From Gemmatimonadaceae bacterium (GTDB lineage Bacteria; Gemmatimonadota; Gemmatimonadetes; Gemmatimonadales; Gemmatimonadaceae), in the NCBI GenBank assembly GCA_036564355.1, contig DATCPC010000174.1, forward strand, positions 1,576 to 65,575: DNA of 64,000 nt, read 5' to 3'. Position 1 is the first letter of the stretch, and each line of letters begins with the position of its first letter. Below, in pieces: positions 18,801 through 27,645 of this stretch. The position numbers were made by a program, and so were the translations under genes. The notes under the pieces are model-generated. The model saw only the letters and a list, made by a program, of their open reading frames with translations. It searched no databases and was not told the DNA's origin.

Positions 18801-20465
18801 AACGGCGCGTACGCCAAGCAGCTCCTCGACACGAAGATGATCGTGTTCCGGCACGATACCGCCGTCATGTCCTTCACGGGCTCGTGGCCGCTGAACCTCG
18901 CGCTCCTTCCGGTGCAGCGGCGGATGCTCGACGCGCCGCTCAAGGGCCACCTCGCGGGAGACAGCCTCGATCTCGCCGTGCTGGAGAGTTTTTCGCCGTC
19001 ATTCGCCCGGCCGTCCGGCACCGCGAGCGTGTCACTCGACCTCTCGGGCACGTGGAAGCATCCGCTTCTCGGCGGGCGCATGCGCGTGCGGAATGGCGAG
19101 ATGGGGCTGCCCGCGCTCGGCACGCGGTTGCGCCACGTCGAGGCCGACGTCGGATTCCGTGCGGACAGCATGCACATCGACACGCTCTCGATGGCGAGCG
19201 GTGCGGAGGCGGGGAGCAACCTCTCGGTGCGAGGCTCGCTCGTGCTCGGGAACATGCTCGACCTGTCCGAGGATCTCAGCAACGTGCAGGTCGACCTTTC
19301 GATGTCTGCGCGCAACTTTCTCGTGGTCGACAAGCGATCGCTCGCGCGTCTCGAGCTCAGCGACGACGTGCGCCTCACCGGACCGTTCAGCCACATGGTA
19401 CTCACCGGCAACGTAGACATCGAGCGCGCGACGTTCTATCTGCCCGATCTCGCGCAGAAGAGGGCGCTCAGTCTCGATCCGACGATCGATCCCGACGTCG
19501 GCACGCTCGTCGACACGAACCTCGTCGAGATCCGTCGCACCTTTCTCGGCCAACAGCGCCGTGACGTCCAGCAGGCAATCCGCTTTCTCCAGGTGCCGAG
19601 CCTCCAGGTGCAGATCGGCAACGACGTCTGGCTGCGATCGCAGGAGGCGAACATCAAGCTCGGCGGGCAGGTCGCGCTGAGAAAGGATGCGGCGAACCAG
19701 CGCTTCGATGGCTCGATCGACGTCGAGCGCGGCACGTATCGACTCGATCTCGGTCTCGTGCAGCGGACGTTTCAGGTCGACAGCGGAACCGTCACCTTCT
19801 ACAACGATCCGCAGCAGGCCGGCACGCTGAACATCTGGGCGACGTACACGGTGCGGCAGGCGAATCAGCTCGCGCAGGACGTTCGCATCATCGCGCACAT
19901 CGGTGGCACGCTGCTCGATCCGAAGCTCGATCTCTCGAGCGACGAGCGCATCGCGCTCTCGTACACGGAGATTCTGAGCTACCTGGTGTTCGGCCAGCCA
20001 TCGCTTCTGGGCTCCGGCGAAGCGAACAACAGCGCGCTGCGGCCGGTCGCGCAGGCGCTGTTGCCGAGTGCGGGAGCGCTGATCGAGCGGGCGATTAACT
20101 CGCAGATCGGATTTTTCGATGTGGTGCAGGTGCAGACGGGCGGCACCAACTCCGCGAATCAGGCTTCGATCGACCAGAGCGCATCGAACTTTCTGTCCGG
20201 TTCGCGGATCGGCGTGGGCAAGCAGCTCGGGCAGCGCGCGTTCCTCACCGCGAACGCGGGGCTGTGCGGGCTCTCGAGCTCCTCGTCGAGCAGCTTCTCG
20301 TCGACGATCGGGATCACGCTCGAATACCGGCTGGCGCAGCACTTCTCGTTGCAGGCGAGCTCGGAGCCGTCGACGCTCTCGCTGCTGTGCCGTCCGGGGA
20401 TCACTACGATCGGCAACCGTCCGCGCCAATTCGGTTTCGATCTCTTTCGCGAATGGAGCTTCTGA
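15870..20465 (+). CDS. tamB: Translocation and assembly module protein TamB (DUF490 family)
   Basis: 1531 aa. N-terminal anchor LVALISAGILLLLGMSVIGAIL, a long beta-rich body, and a C-terminal DUF490-like segment (...YLVFGQPS...GVGKQLGQRAFLTANAG...TLEYRL). Confidence 0.9.
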   Translation: MSRRRLVALISAGILLLLGMSVIGAILATTQTDLGRARLRSLINAQVTNAMGNRGTIYIGRITGSLFTGVELDSISIRDEEDSLVVATGPVIVRYDPRDVLDKRLLLSYLEVNRPNVYLRRRADHQWSFRHVFPDGQKKQRLAGSRSLGDYIVIDSAVLHDAKFTLTDLWSPPDSLKGARRDSAIRVALNDKNHEWRRTREGIKQTRRWTKGELRSPYVRLADPDSVGKLISIGDMRVKENDPPFDLSNANGPVKILGDTVFFVLHHFDLPGSTGHAEGHVSWGGPSPTHYDVHVWADSVSMNDVAWVYPTLPRTGSGKLELTIKNNVRDAHVLEYGLSRMDMRSAKSHLTGAMTFVVGLPVLAVTNVDAQLTPLNFDLLRTLAGGPFPVDWQGTFTGSVRGPGGMLTDWHVDDGELTFRDAHVPGAVSKASVHGALDILVPSNAKFHALDVDLATLDLRTIQYLFASFPRLHGTVSGTARLDSSWLDTRFHDANLVHHDGDNPTSHFTGDGRVTQNPKFTAFDVALQAQPVSFTTFARSYPGLAFRGNFSGPLRIRGTMDELDVTASLSGDAGSMAVNGNFDLDSVSGLAGRGTASVADLDVQALMESKTLPSTSLGGRAAFDIHGDSIANLAGSLHIDLDQSRVEPVDVSAATASLSFGAGRMHVDTLGITSSAARISANGTLGLAPNIVDSLSYTVLVDSLGGLRPWILPRAASNSARRDSVRMTEHDLEQRQIRDSLYGTAHAEGKLVGSIDTLQARGVIAGDSLFVAGNRVAHASGSYAVAGLPTDARGTIHARADSLLVATVAIDSMQGDFTLASKSRGDLTFAAASNRHTGSFVVGSHLAFDRSLDSLRLVVDSLGGLIDTHQWSLASPATVVFDTGGTRLDSLAARGGEGGVVVLHADLPNTRPVNVSLRVDSVSLADLGIIAQLTTPISGTTTGTVVISGPRADPVIALGARFQDVSFGTVAFPFFTLNGAYAKQLLDTKMIVFRHDTAVMSFTGSWPLNLALLPVQRRMLDAPLKGHLAGDSLDLAVLESFSPSFARPSGTASVSLDLSGTWKHPLLGGRMRVRNGEMGLPALGTRLRHVEADVGFRADSMHIDTLSMASGAEAGSNLSVRGSLVLGNMLDLSEDLSNVQVDLSMSARNFLVVDKRSLARLELSDDVRLTGPFSHMVLTGNVDIERATFYLPDLAQKRALSLDPTIDPDVGTLVDTNLVEIRRTFLGQQRRDVQQAIRFLQVPSLQVQIGNDVWLRSQEANIKLGGQVALRKDAANQRFDGSIDVERGTYRLDLGLVQRTFQVDSGTVTFYNDPQQAGTLNIWATYTVRQANQLAQDVRIIAHIGGTLLDPKLDLSSDERIALSYTEILSYLVFGQPSLLGSGEANNSALRPVAQALLPSAGALIERAINSQIGFFDVVQVQTGGTNSANQASIDQSASNFLSGSRIGVGKQLGQRAFLTANAGLCGLSSSSSSSFSSTIGITLEYRLAQHFSLQASSEPSTLSLLCRPGITTIGNRPRQFGFDLFREWSF

Positions 20466-21349
20466 TCGGCCCGATTCTGCTGATCACCAACCCGGCGGCG
20501 CGGCGCGGACGACTGCTCGAGCAGCGCGCGCGCGAAGCGCTGCTCGCGGCGGGCGCCGAGCACGATGTCGTCGTCACGACGCATCAGGGGCACGCGGCGC
20601 TCGTTGCCACGGAGCGCGCAAAGGACTTCGCCGCGGTCTTCACCCTGGGTGGCGATGGCACGGCGATGGAAGTCGTTGGTGCGCTCGCGCATACGACGGT
20701 ACCGGTCGGAGTGCTGCCCGGTGGCACGGGCAATCTCGTCGCGCGCGCACTTCGGACGCCGCGGCGGATCGAGCGCGCGGTTCCGGCGCTGCTCAATGGC
20801 GAGCTTGTATCCGTGGATCTCGGCTTCATCCCGGAGTGCAAGCGTTACTTTGCGTTCAGCTCGGGCGTGGGAGTCGATGCGCGCATGATCGACGAGACGC
20901 ATCCCGAAACGAAGCGTCGATACGGCATCGGTGCGTACATACACACCGGCCTCAAGGTCGGGCTCGGCAGGCGCGCGTTTCGGGTGCGCGTCGAAGTCGA
21001 CGGCGTCGAGATCGAGCGCGAGGCGACCTCGCTCATGGTCGCCAACTTCGGCACCGTGCTCGACCAGCTGATCATGCTCGGTCCCGGCATCAGCCAGGAC
21101 GACGGGCTGCTCGATCTCTGCATCTTCTCTCCCGCGCACTCGGCGGACGTGATTCGCATCGCGTGGCGACTGTTAAGGCGCAACTTTCGAAGCGACGATG
21201 CCATGCTCTTTCGGAGCGGGCGCGAGTTCCGCATCGCCTGCGACCCGCCCCAGCTGTATCAGGCGGATGGTGAGCTGCTGGGCACAACGCCGTATACGGT
21301 GCGCGTCCAGCCGCTGGCCGCCCGCCTCCTGGTCGCCAAGCGCGATTGA
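20453..21349 (+). CDS. Lipid/diacylglycerol kinase family protein (YegS/BmrU type)
   Basis: The internal ATG at 20453 (MELLIGPILLITNPAARRG...) overlaps the tamB end by 13 nt. Motifs seen: TLGGDGTAMEVVGAL and GVLPGGTGNLVARAL. Confidence 0.85.
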   Translation: MELLIGPILLITNPAARRGRLLEQRAREALLAAGAEHDVVVTTHQGHAALVATERAKDFAAVFTLGGDGTAMEVVGALAHTTVPVGVLPGGTGNLVARALRTPRRIERAVPALLNGELVSVDLGFIPECKRYFAFSSGVGVDARMIDETHPETKRRYGIGAYIHTGLKVGLGRRAFRVRVEVDGVEIEREATSLMVANFGTVLDQLIMLGPGISQDDGLLDLCIFSPAHSADVIRIAWRLLRRNFRSDDAMLFRSGREFRIACDPPQLYQADGELLGTTPYTVRVQPLAARLLVAKRD

Positions 21350-21414
21350 CCGGACCCGGACCCGCGGTACATTCGTACAGAGGCTGTTGCAACTTCGACC
21401 GATGCGGTGAGGCG

Positions 21415-22887
21415 ATGAGCGAGCGGTACGGACGCCTCCTGGAGCACGCGGCGGATGCGATTTTCACCGTCGACGAGACGGGCCACTTCACGTCCGTCAA
21501 CCTCATCATGGAACGCGCGATGGGGCATCGGCGCGGCGACCTCATCGGCACGCATTGCTGCACGCTTCTCGATACGCTTGAGCAGAAGGTGGCCAATCGC
21601 CTTCTCGAGGACACCCTGGACGGAAAGCGACAGCGGTCGGAGGTCGCCTTTCGCGATGTTGCCGGACGCGATCGCATCGGGTCGATCACGGCGACGCCGA
21701 TCGTGGAACACGATGGTCGTGTCACGGGCGCGCTCTGCATCGTTCGCGACATCACCGAGGAGCGCCGCTTCGCCAATGAGCTTCGGCAGCGCGAAAAGCT
21801 CGCGGCGGTGGGCCAGCTCGTGAGCGGTGTCGCGCACGAGCTGAACAATCCGCTGGCCGGCATCAGCGCCTTCGCACAACTGCTCGACGGTGCGGGTCCG
21901 CTCAACGCGGAGCAGCGAGACGCCGTGGAGACGATCCAGATGGAAGCGAAGCGCGCCGCGAAGATCGTGTCGAGCCTGCTCCTGTTCAGCCGGCAGCGCC
22001 AGCCCGAGCGATCGAACGTCGACCTCAATCGGGTGCTCAGCGACACGCTCGCGTTGCGGCGATTCGTCCTTGCTACGGAGCACATCGAAGTGTTAACGGA
22101 GCTCGAGCCGGAGCTTCCTCACACGTGGGCGGATCCGTTTCAGCTGCAGCAGGTGCTGCTGAACCTTCTCGTCAACGCCGAGCATGCGCTGCGCGGCCGG
22201 AAGGGGAAGCGGAGGCTCATTCTGCGCACCCGGCGGCGGGGGAATCGCATCGTGGCGAGCGTGATCGACAACGGTCCGGGAATCTCCGAGGAGACGCTGA
22301 GTCGCATCTTCGAGCCATTTTTCACGACGAAGCCCGTTGGCGAGGGCTCCGGCCTGGGACTCGCGATCTCGCACGGCATCGTGCGCCAGCACAGCGGCGT
22401 GCTGCGCGCGCAGTCCACTCCTGGCGAGGGAGCCTCGTTCGACATGGATCTGCCCATACTCAACGAGTCCGGTAATGCGTCGCGACTCGCCGGGGTGGGG
22501 GAGATGGCGGGCATTCCTCGTCAGCGACGGTTCCTCATCGTCGACAACGAGCCCGCGATGCGGCAGGCGTTGCAGCTGCACCTGCGCCGTTCGGGCTGTT
22601 TCGCGGACGCCGTGAGCGACGCTCCTTCCGCGCTCGCATTGCTCGCCACGCGCACGTACGGCGCGATCTTCCTCGATCTGCACCTGGCCGAACCGAGCGG
22701 AGAGTCGTTGTTCGCGGAGCTCGTCGAGCGCGATCCGGACCATGCGGGGCGCGTGATCTTCGCAACCGGAGATCTCGAGAGTCCGCCCGCGCGCGAGTTT
22801 CTGCAGGGCGCGGGACGTCCGTTCGTCGGCAAGCCGTTCGCACTCTCCACCGTGGCGGCGTTACTGACCCAGACAGCGTCGCGCTGA
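21415..22887 (+). CDS. Hybrid sensor histidine kinase (PAS - HisKA - HATPase - receiver)
   Basis: PAS domain (AIFTVDETGHFTSVNL...), H-box SGVAHELNNPLAGI, N/G boxes (LLVNAEHAL, DNGPGI, GSGLGLAISHGIV), and a C-terminal receiver (FLIVDNEPAMR...IFLDLHL). Confidence 0.9.
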   Translation: MSERYGRLLEHAADAIFTVDETGHFTSVNLIMERAMGHRRGDLIGTHCCTLLDTLEQKVANRLLEDTLDGKRQRSEVAFRDVAGRDRIGSITATPIVEHDGRVTGALCIVRDITEERRFANELRQREKLAAVGQLVSGVAHELNNPLAGISAFAQLLDGAGPLNAEQRDAVETIQMEAKRAAKIVSSLLLFSRQRQPERSNVDLNRVLSDTLALRRFVLATEHIEVLTELEPELPHTWADPFQLQQVLLNLLVNAEHALRGRKGKRRLILRTRRRGNRIVASVIDNGPGISEETLSRIFEPFFTTKPVGEGSGLGLAISHGIVRQHSGVLRAQSTPGEGASFDMDLPILNESGNASRLAGVGEMAGIPRQRRFLIVDNEPAMRQALQLHLRRSGCFADAVSDAPSALALLATRTYGAIFLDLHLAEPSGESLFAELVERDPDHAGRVIFATGDLESPPAREFLQGAGRPFVGKPFALSTVAALLTQTASR

Positions 22888-24260
22888 TGGCGACGATTCT
22901 CGTCATCGACGACACGCCCCAGGTCACCGCCGTGCTCGGCGCCTTCTTCGAGCGGGCGGGCCATCAGGTCGTGCGCGTGCACAGCGGCGAGGAAGGCATC
23001 GATGCGTATCGGCGCACGCGCCCCGACCTCGTGCTCCTCGACCTGCAGCTTCCCGACATGAGCGGCTTCGATGTGCTCGAGCGAATTCGCGGCGATGAGC
23101 CAGTGGTCATCATCGTGACGGGGCACGGCGACATCCCGCTGGCGGTACAGGCGCTGCAGAGAGGCGCCGAGAACTTTCTGACCAAGCCGGTGGACCTCGA
23201 CCATTTGCGTGTGGCATCGGAGCGCGGGCTGGAGAAGGCGCGGCTTCGGCAGCTCGCCCGCTACATGCGCGAGCGGCGCGGGATCAAGGGCGTCGGCGCG
23301 CTTCTGGGCACGTCGCCGGCGATGCGCGAGCTCGCGCACCAGATCGAGTTGCTGACATCGAGCGATCGCACGACGGTGCTGCTGCTCGGCGAGCAGGGAA
23401 CGGCAAAGGGGCAGATGGCGTACGCGATGCACGCCATGAGCAACCGCGCAGATAAGCCATTCGTCGAAGTCGCATGTGCAGGGGCGACAGAAGGCGCGCT
23501 GGACGCCGAGCTGTTCGGCGACGAGTTAGGGGGCACGCGCGAGGCCCCGGTGCGCCGGCTCGGACTGGCCGAGGTGGCGGACAATGGAGCGCTGCTGCTG
23601 GATGAGATTGCGGCGCTCGAACTTCCGGTGCAGGGAAAGCTCCTTCGATTGCTGGAGTCGCAGAAGTTTCGACGCGTGGGAGGCGTCCAGGACCTCACGG
23701 TGGACATCCGCATGATCGTCACCTCGAGCAGAGACCTCGTCGAGGAGGTGCAGTCGGGGCGCTTTCGCGAGGATCTCTATTATCGGTTGAGCGTGCTGCC
23801 CGTGGTGCTGCCGCCGCTGCGCGCGCGGGCGCGCGAGGATCTGATCGCGCTGATCGATCGCATCGCGGGTGAGCTGCGGCGACAGCTGCCGCTCGCGCCA
23901 GCCGAGATCTCGGAGGCCGCGCTCGAGCAGCTGCTGCGACATTCCTGGCCGGGAAACATTCGAGAGGTTCGCAACGTGCTCGAGCGGGCGATGATCGTCG
24001 GCCGCGGCTCGCGTCAGATCACGGCGGAGCACCTGCCACCGGATGTGCGCCGCAGCGGTGGGGTGTCGCAGGCGCGTCACGTGCCGAGGACGGTGCACGA
24101 TGTCGAGCGGGCGCACATCGAGCGCACGCTGCGCGCGCACCACGAAAATCGGACACGCGCGGCGCGCGAGCTCGGGATCTCGCGTGCAACGCTGATCAAC
24201 AAGATTCGGGAGTACCAGCTCGATCCGCAGGCTCTGTCGTACGCCGCGCCGGACGGGTGA
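22887..24260 (+). CDS. NtrC-family response regulator (receiver + AAA+ + Fis-type HTH) lacking the canonical GAFTGA loop
   Basis: 457 aa. Receiver ILVIDDTPQV...LLDLQLPDMSG; AAA+ domain with VLLLGEQGTAKG, LLLDEI, RFREDLYYRL, WPGNIREVRN; C-terminal HTH RTRAARELGISRATLINKIREY. The start ATG overlaps the kinase stop. Confidence 0.9.
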   Translation: MATILVIDDTPQVTAVLGAFFERAGHQVVRVHSGEEGIDAYRRTRPDLVLLDLQLPDMSGFDVLERIRGDEPVVIIVTGHGDIPLAVQALQRGAENFLTKPVDLDHLRVASERGLEKARLRQLARYMRERRGIKGVGALLGTSPAMRELAHQIELLTSSDRTTVLLLGEQGTAKGQMAYAMHAMSNRADKPFVEVACAGATEGALDAELFGDELGGTREAPVRRLGLAEVADNGALLLDEIAALELPVQGKLLRLLESQKFRRVGGVQDLTVDIRMIVTSSRDLVEEVQSGRFREDLYYRLSVLPVVLPPLRARAREDLIALIDRIAGELRRQLPLAPAEISEAALEQLLRHSWPGNIREVRNVLERAMIVGRGSRQITAEHLPPDVRRSGGVSQARHVPRTVHDVERAHIERTLRAHHENRTRAARELGISRATLINKIREYQLDPQALSYAAPDG

Positions 24261-24335
24261 GACGTTACGGGGTGGTCGATCGTTCATATCCGGAGCCGCG
24301 CTGCCCCGCGCGAACGTCCCGAACCCAGGAGCAGG

Positions 24336-24518
24336 ATGCCCGAGGAAAACTTGGAGCAGGATCGGATGATCTGCCGTGCGTGCGGAAACGAGGAACGCGC
24401 GAGCGAGGGCTATCCGTGCGCGGACTGCGGCACATTCCTCTGCCTCCTCTGCACGTTCAGGGGCGTGACGCTGTGCTCGATGTGTGAGGCGAAGCAGAAG
24501 GACGCGGCCGCGAAGTAA
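24336..24518 (+). CDS. Cys-rich small protein (60 aa), four CxxC pairs (double zinc-ribbon/B-box-like)
   Basis: MICRACGNE...CADCGTFLCLLCTF...CSMCEAK. Its stop TAA shares one nt with the next ATG (TAATG). Confidence 0.5.
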   Translation: MPEENLEQDRMICRACGNEERASEGYPCADCGTFLCLLCTFRGVTLCSMCEAKQKDAAAK

Positions 24519-24796
24519 TGAGCGACAGTGTCGTGCTTCGGGAACGGCTCGCTCTGGGCGACAGGACCTTCACCGTGCTCGCCGAGCCGTGGTACGATGC
24601 CGCGAGCGACGAGTGGAGGGGCCGGTACCTGTACGTGCCGCTCGACAGGTCGCTGGCCTCTCCCGTGGCGTCGAGTGCGGTGAAGCGTGCGCGGAAGCGC
24701 GACGATCTCGTGCGCCAGCTCGGCGCGGCGACCGACCGCGAGCTGACCAAGGCCTTCAACTCCATTCCAATTCCCGGTGCGCGTCGTTCACGCTGA
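24518..24796 (+). CDS. Hypothetical protein (92 aa)
   Basis: Translationally coupled to the upstream Cys-rich ORF. Protein-like composition (WYDAASDEWRGRYLYVPLD). I recognise no family. Confidence 0.45.
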   Translation: MSDSVVLRERLALGDRTFTVLAEPWYDAASDEWRGRYLYVPLDRSLASPVASSAVKRARKRDDLVRQLGAATDRELTKAFNSIPIPGARRSR

Positions 24797-25598
24797 CTTT
24801 GGACTTCCGTCGCCGGGTGTGGCAACGGAGACGACCGTGCTCGTGTCGGCCCCGGTCGCGCCTCTGCACGCGGAGCCGAGGGCGTCGAGCGAGCAGGTGA
24901 GCCAGTCGCTCGCGGGTCACCTTGCCGTCGTGCTCGAGAGGCGCGAGGGTTGGCGGCGCGTGCGGTTGGGGGACGGGTACGAAGGGTGGATGCACGAGGG
25001 GTATCTCGACGCGCGAGCGCTGAGCGCGGATGCGGTGCGCGAGTGGCTGGCCACCGCGCGACATTCGCTCGGCTGCACGATTCGCGATGTCCGCGCCGAC
25101 ATGGAGCGCACGCTGCCGCTCGGCGCCCGCGTGCCGAAGGACGCGAAGATCGTCGCCGGCGGCGTGCTCGACGAAGCCGAGATTCGTCGCCGCTATCCGC
25201 CGGTTGGCATCGAGGTCTGCGCGTCGGCCGGGCGATATTTCTGGAGCACGTCGTATCAATGGGGCGGAATCACCCCGTGGGGCGCGGACTGCTCGGGGAT
25301 GGTGCAGACGGTGTTCGGCCTGCACGGTGTGGCGTTCCCGCGTGATGCGCACCAACAGGCGGAGCTGGGCACGGCCATCGCGCTCACGCCCGATGCGTGG
25401 CGCCCTGGAGACCTGCTCTTCTTCTCGGATCGAGCCGACGGGCGAATCACACACGTCGCGATCGTGGCGCAGAAGGACACGCTGATGCACGTGGCGATCG
25501 GGCGAGGAGGGTTCGCGGTGGAGCACCTCGAGGGCGCGACGGATCCGTATACGGTGGCGCTGATGGGGCGGTTGCGGAGCGCGCGGCGCGTGATCTAG
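24777..25598 (+). CDS. NlpC/P60 (C40) cell-wall peptidase with an N-terminal SH3b-like domain
   Basis: Catalytic region YQWGGITPWGADCSGMVQTVFGLHGVAFPRDAHQQ ... HVAIV. The GTG at 24777 overlaps the previous ORF by 20 nt; an alternative GTG is at 24819. Confidence 0.85.
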   Translation: MRVVHADFGLPSPGVATETTVLVSAPVAPLHAEPRASSEQVSQSLAGHLAVVLERREGWRRVRLGDGYEGWMHEGYLDARALSADAVREWLATARHSLGCTIRDVRADMERTLPLGARVPKDAKIVAGGVLDEAEIRRRYPPVGIEVCASAGRYFWSTSYQWGGITPWGADCSGMVQTVFGLHGVAFPRDAHQQAELGTAIALTPDAWRPGDLLFFSDRADGRITHVAIVAQKDTLMHVAIGRGGFAVEHLEGATDPYTVALMGRLRSARRVI

Positions 25599-25620
25599 CG
25601 TTTCGATTCCAACTCCGCGT

Positions 25621-27645
25621 CTACCAGATCGTCGCCCGCACCGCGTCGCCCCGCACCATCGGATCCCCAGCCTTGCACCCGAACGCCTGCGTGAACTCGG
25701 GCAGGTTCGAGATCGCGCCGATCACGCGCCACTGTCCCGGCGAGTGCGGATCAGTGCGCGACTGCAGGATCATCGCCTCGGGGCGAATCTTCGTGCGCCA
25801 CGCGTTCGCGTACGCGATGAAGAAGCGCTGCTCGGGGGTAAAGCCATCCACCGGCGCGCGCGACTTGCCCGTCATCGCCTTCTCGAACGCGGCGTAGGCG
25901 ATCTTCAGGCCGCCGAAGTCCGCGATGTTCTCGCCCAGCGTGAGCTTGCCGTTCACGTGGAAGGTATCGGCGACGATGTACGCCGAGTACTGATCGCGGA
26001 TGCGCCCCGCCTCGTTGTCGTATTTCGCCGCATCTTCCTTCGTCCACCAGTCGCGCAGCGTGCCGCTCGCGTCGAACTGACGGCCCTCATCGTCGTAGCC
26101 ATGCGTGATCTCGTGGCCGATGATTGCGCCCATCGCGCCGTAGTTCGACGCGTCGTCCGCCTTCGCGTCGAAGAATGGCGGCTGCAGGATGCCCGCGGGG
26201 AAGACGATCTCGTTGTTCAGCCCATTGTTGTACGCGTCGACAGTCTGCGGTGTCATCCCCCACTCGTTCAGATCGGTCGGCTTGTCGGCCTTGGCCATCT
26301 GCCTGCGAAATTCGAATTGATTCGCGAGCATCGCGCTCTCGTAGTACGATGCGCCGGCCGGGATCTTGAGCGCCGAATAATCCCTGAAACGGTCGGGATG
26401 GCCGATCTTGACGCGGAACGCCGAGAGCTTCGCGAGCGCCTCCTTCCGCGTGGCGTCGCTCATCCAGTCGAGCGTCGAGATGCGGTCGCGCAACGCCGCC
26501 TCGAGATTGCTCACCATCGTCAGCGCGCGGGCCTTCGCCTCCGGCGGGAACTCGCGCGCGACGTACGCGGCGCCGAGTGCCTCGCCGAGGGAGTTGTCCA
26601 CCGTCGTCATGCAGCGCTTCCAGCGCGGCGGCAGAGACTTCGTTCCCGTGAGAATCGACCGGAACGCAAACCGTTCGTTGACGAACCGCGAGCTGATGTA
26701 CGGAGACCCCGCGTCCGTCTCGCGCCAGCGCAGATAGTCGCGCCAGGTGGCGATCGGCACGGACGTCAGCAGTCCGCTCAGCGCCGTCATGTACGACGAC
26801 GACTCGACGATCACGGATTTGGGTGACGTGCCGGCCGACGTGAAGTAGCCGCGCCAGTCGACCCCGGGCGCGATCTTCGCGAGCGAATCGACCGACATCG
26901 GGTGGTAGATGTTGTTCGGGTCGCGCTGCATCTCGAGCGGCATCGCCGCCTTGGCGAGAGATGTCTCCAGCGCGAGCACGCGAGTGGCCGCGTCGGCGGA
27001 CTTCGCGGGCGAATCGCCGAGCAGCGCGAGTGTGCGCGCCACGTGCGCGCGGTACGTGTCGCGCAGCTTCACCGATGCGGAGTCGTCGTTCAGGTAGTAC
27101 TCGCGGTCGGGGAGGCCAAGTCCGCCCTGCGCGACCGCCGCCACGGTCAACTTCGTGTTCTTGAAGTCGGGCTCGGTGCCGACGCCGAAGGCGACGTCCA
27201 CGCCGTTCGCCTGAAGTCGGACGAGCTCCGACTGCAGCATGGCCGGTGTCGTGATCGACGCGATGCGTTTCAGCTCGGCGACCATCGGCGCGGCGTCGAG
27301 CTTCTCCGCGCGCGCGGAATCGAGGCACGCTCCGTAGAACGCGCCGAGCTTCTGGGTGTTACTGTTCGGCGCGGCCGTCTTGTCGTGCGCGGCATCCTCG
27401 AGAATCGCGTGGAGCACGTCGAGGCTGCGGTCGTACACCTCGCGGCCGACGCCGATGCCCGGGTACGACGCCGGAATGGTCGCGGTATCCTGCCACCTGC
27501 CATTCACGAATCGATAGAAGTCCGTGCACGGCGCGCACGTCGTGTCCATGTTCGCGCGGTCGACCGCGTGTGGCGTTGCCTGCGCGCCAAGTGCGTTGGA
27601 TGCGGCGGCGGCGATGGCGACGAGCGCCAGGACACGGATGTGCAT
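25621..27645 (-). CDS. M13-family zinc metallopeptidase (PepO/endothelin-converting-enzyme-like)
   Basis: Signal peptide, HEITHGYDD (HExxH) and the GENIADFGGL motif. I prefer the ATG at 27643-27645, which shares 1 nt with the upstream stop; a TTG at 27648 is also possible. Confidence 0.95.
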   Translation of the reverse strand: MHIRVLALVAIAAAASNALGAQATPHAVDRANMDTTCAPCTDFYRFVNGRWQDTATIPASYPGIGVGREVYDRSLDVLHAILEDAAHDKTAAPNSNTQKLGAFYGACLDSARAEKLDAAPMVAELKRIASITTPAMLQSELVRLQANGVDVAFGVGTEPDFKNTKLTVAAVAQGGLGLPDREYYLNDDSASVKLRDTYRAHVARTLALLGDSPAKSADAATRVLALETSLAKAAMPLEMQRDPNNIYHPMSVDSLAKIAPGVDWRGYFTSAGTSPKSVIVESSSYMTALSGLLTSVPIATWRDYLRWRETDAGSPYISSRFVNERFAFRSILTGTKSLPPRWKRCMTTVDNSLGEALGAAYVAREFPPEAKARALTMVSNLEAALRDRISTLDWMSDATRKEALAKLSAFRVKIGHPDRFRDYSALKIPAGASYYESAMLANQFEFRRQMAKADKPTDLNEWGMTPQTVDAYNNGLNNEIVFPAGILQPPFFDAKADDASNYGAMGAIIGHEITHGYDDEGRQFDASGTLRDWWTKEDAAKYDNEAGRIRDQYSAYIVADTFHVNGKLTLGENIADFGGLKIAYAAFEKAMTGKSRAPVDGFTPEQRFFIAYANAWRTKIRPEAMILQSRTDPHSPGQWRVIGAISNLPEFTQAFGCKAGDPMVRGDAVRATIW

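Noticed and set aside
20270-20300. Serine run (SSSSSSFSS) near the TamB C-terminus as a possible repeat or slippage tract.
   Set aside because: It is a short low-complexity stretch inside an otherwise continuous 1531-aa ORF, with no nucleotide-level tandem repeat of note.
24261-24335. A sigma-54 (-24 TGGCAC / -12 TTGC) promoter downstream of the NtrC-like gene, and in the other larger intergenic regions (12330-12437, 28080-28152, 56694-56830).
   Set aside because: I saw only partial look-alikes with wrong spacing, such as TGGCAT-TGCGG at about 12332. Nothing matches GG-N10-GC with the flanking consensus.
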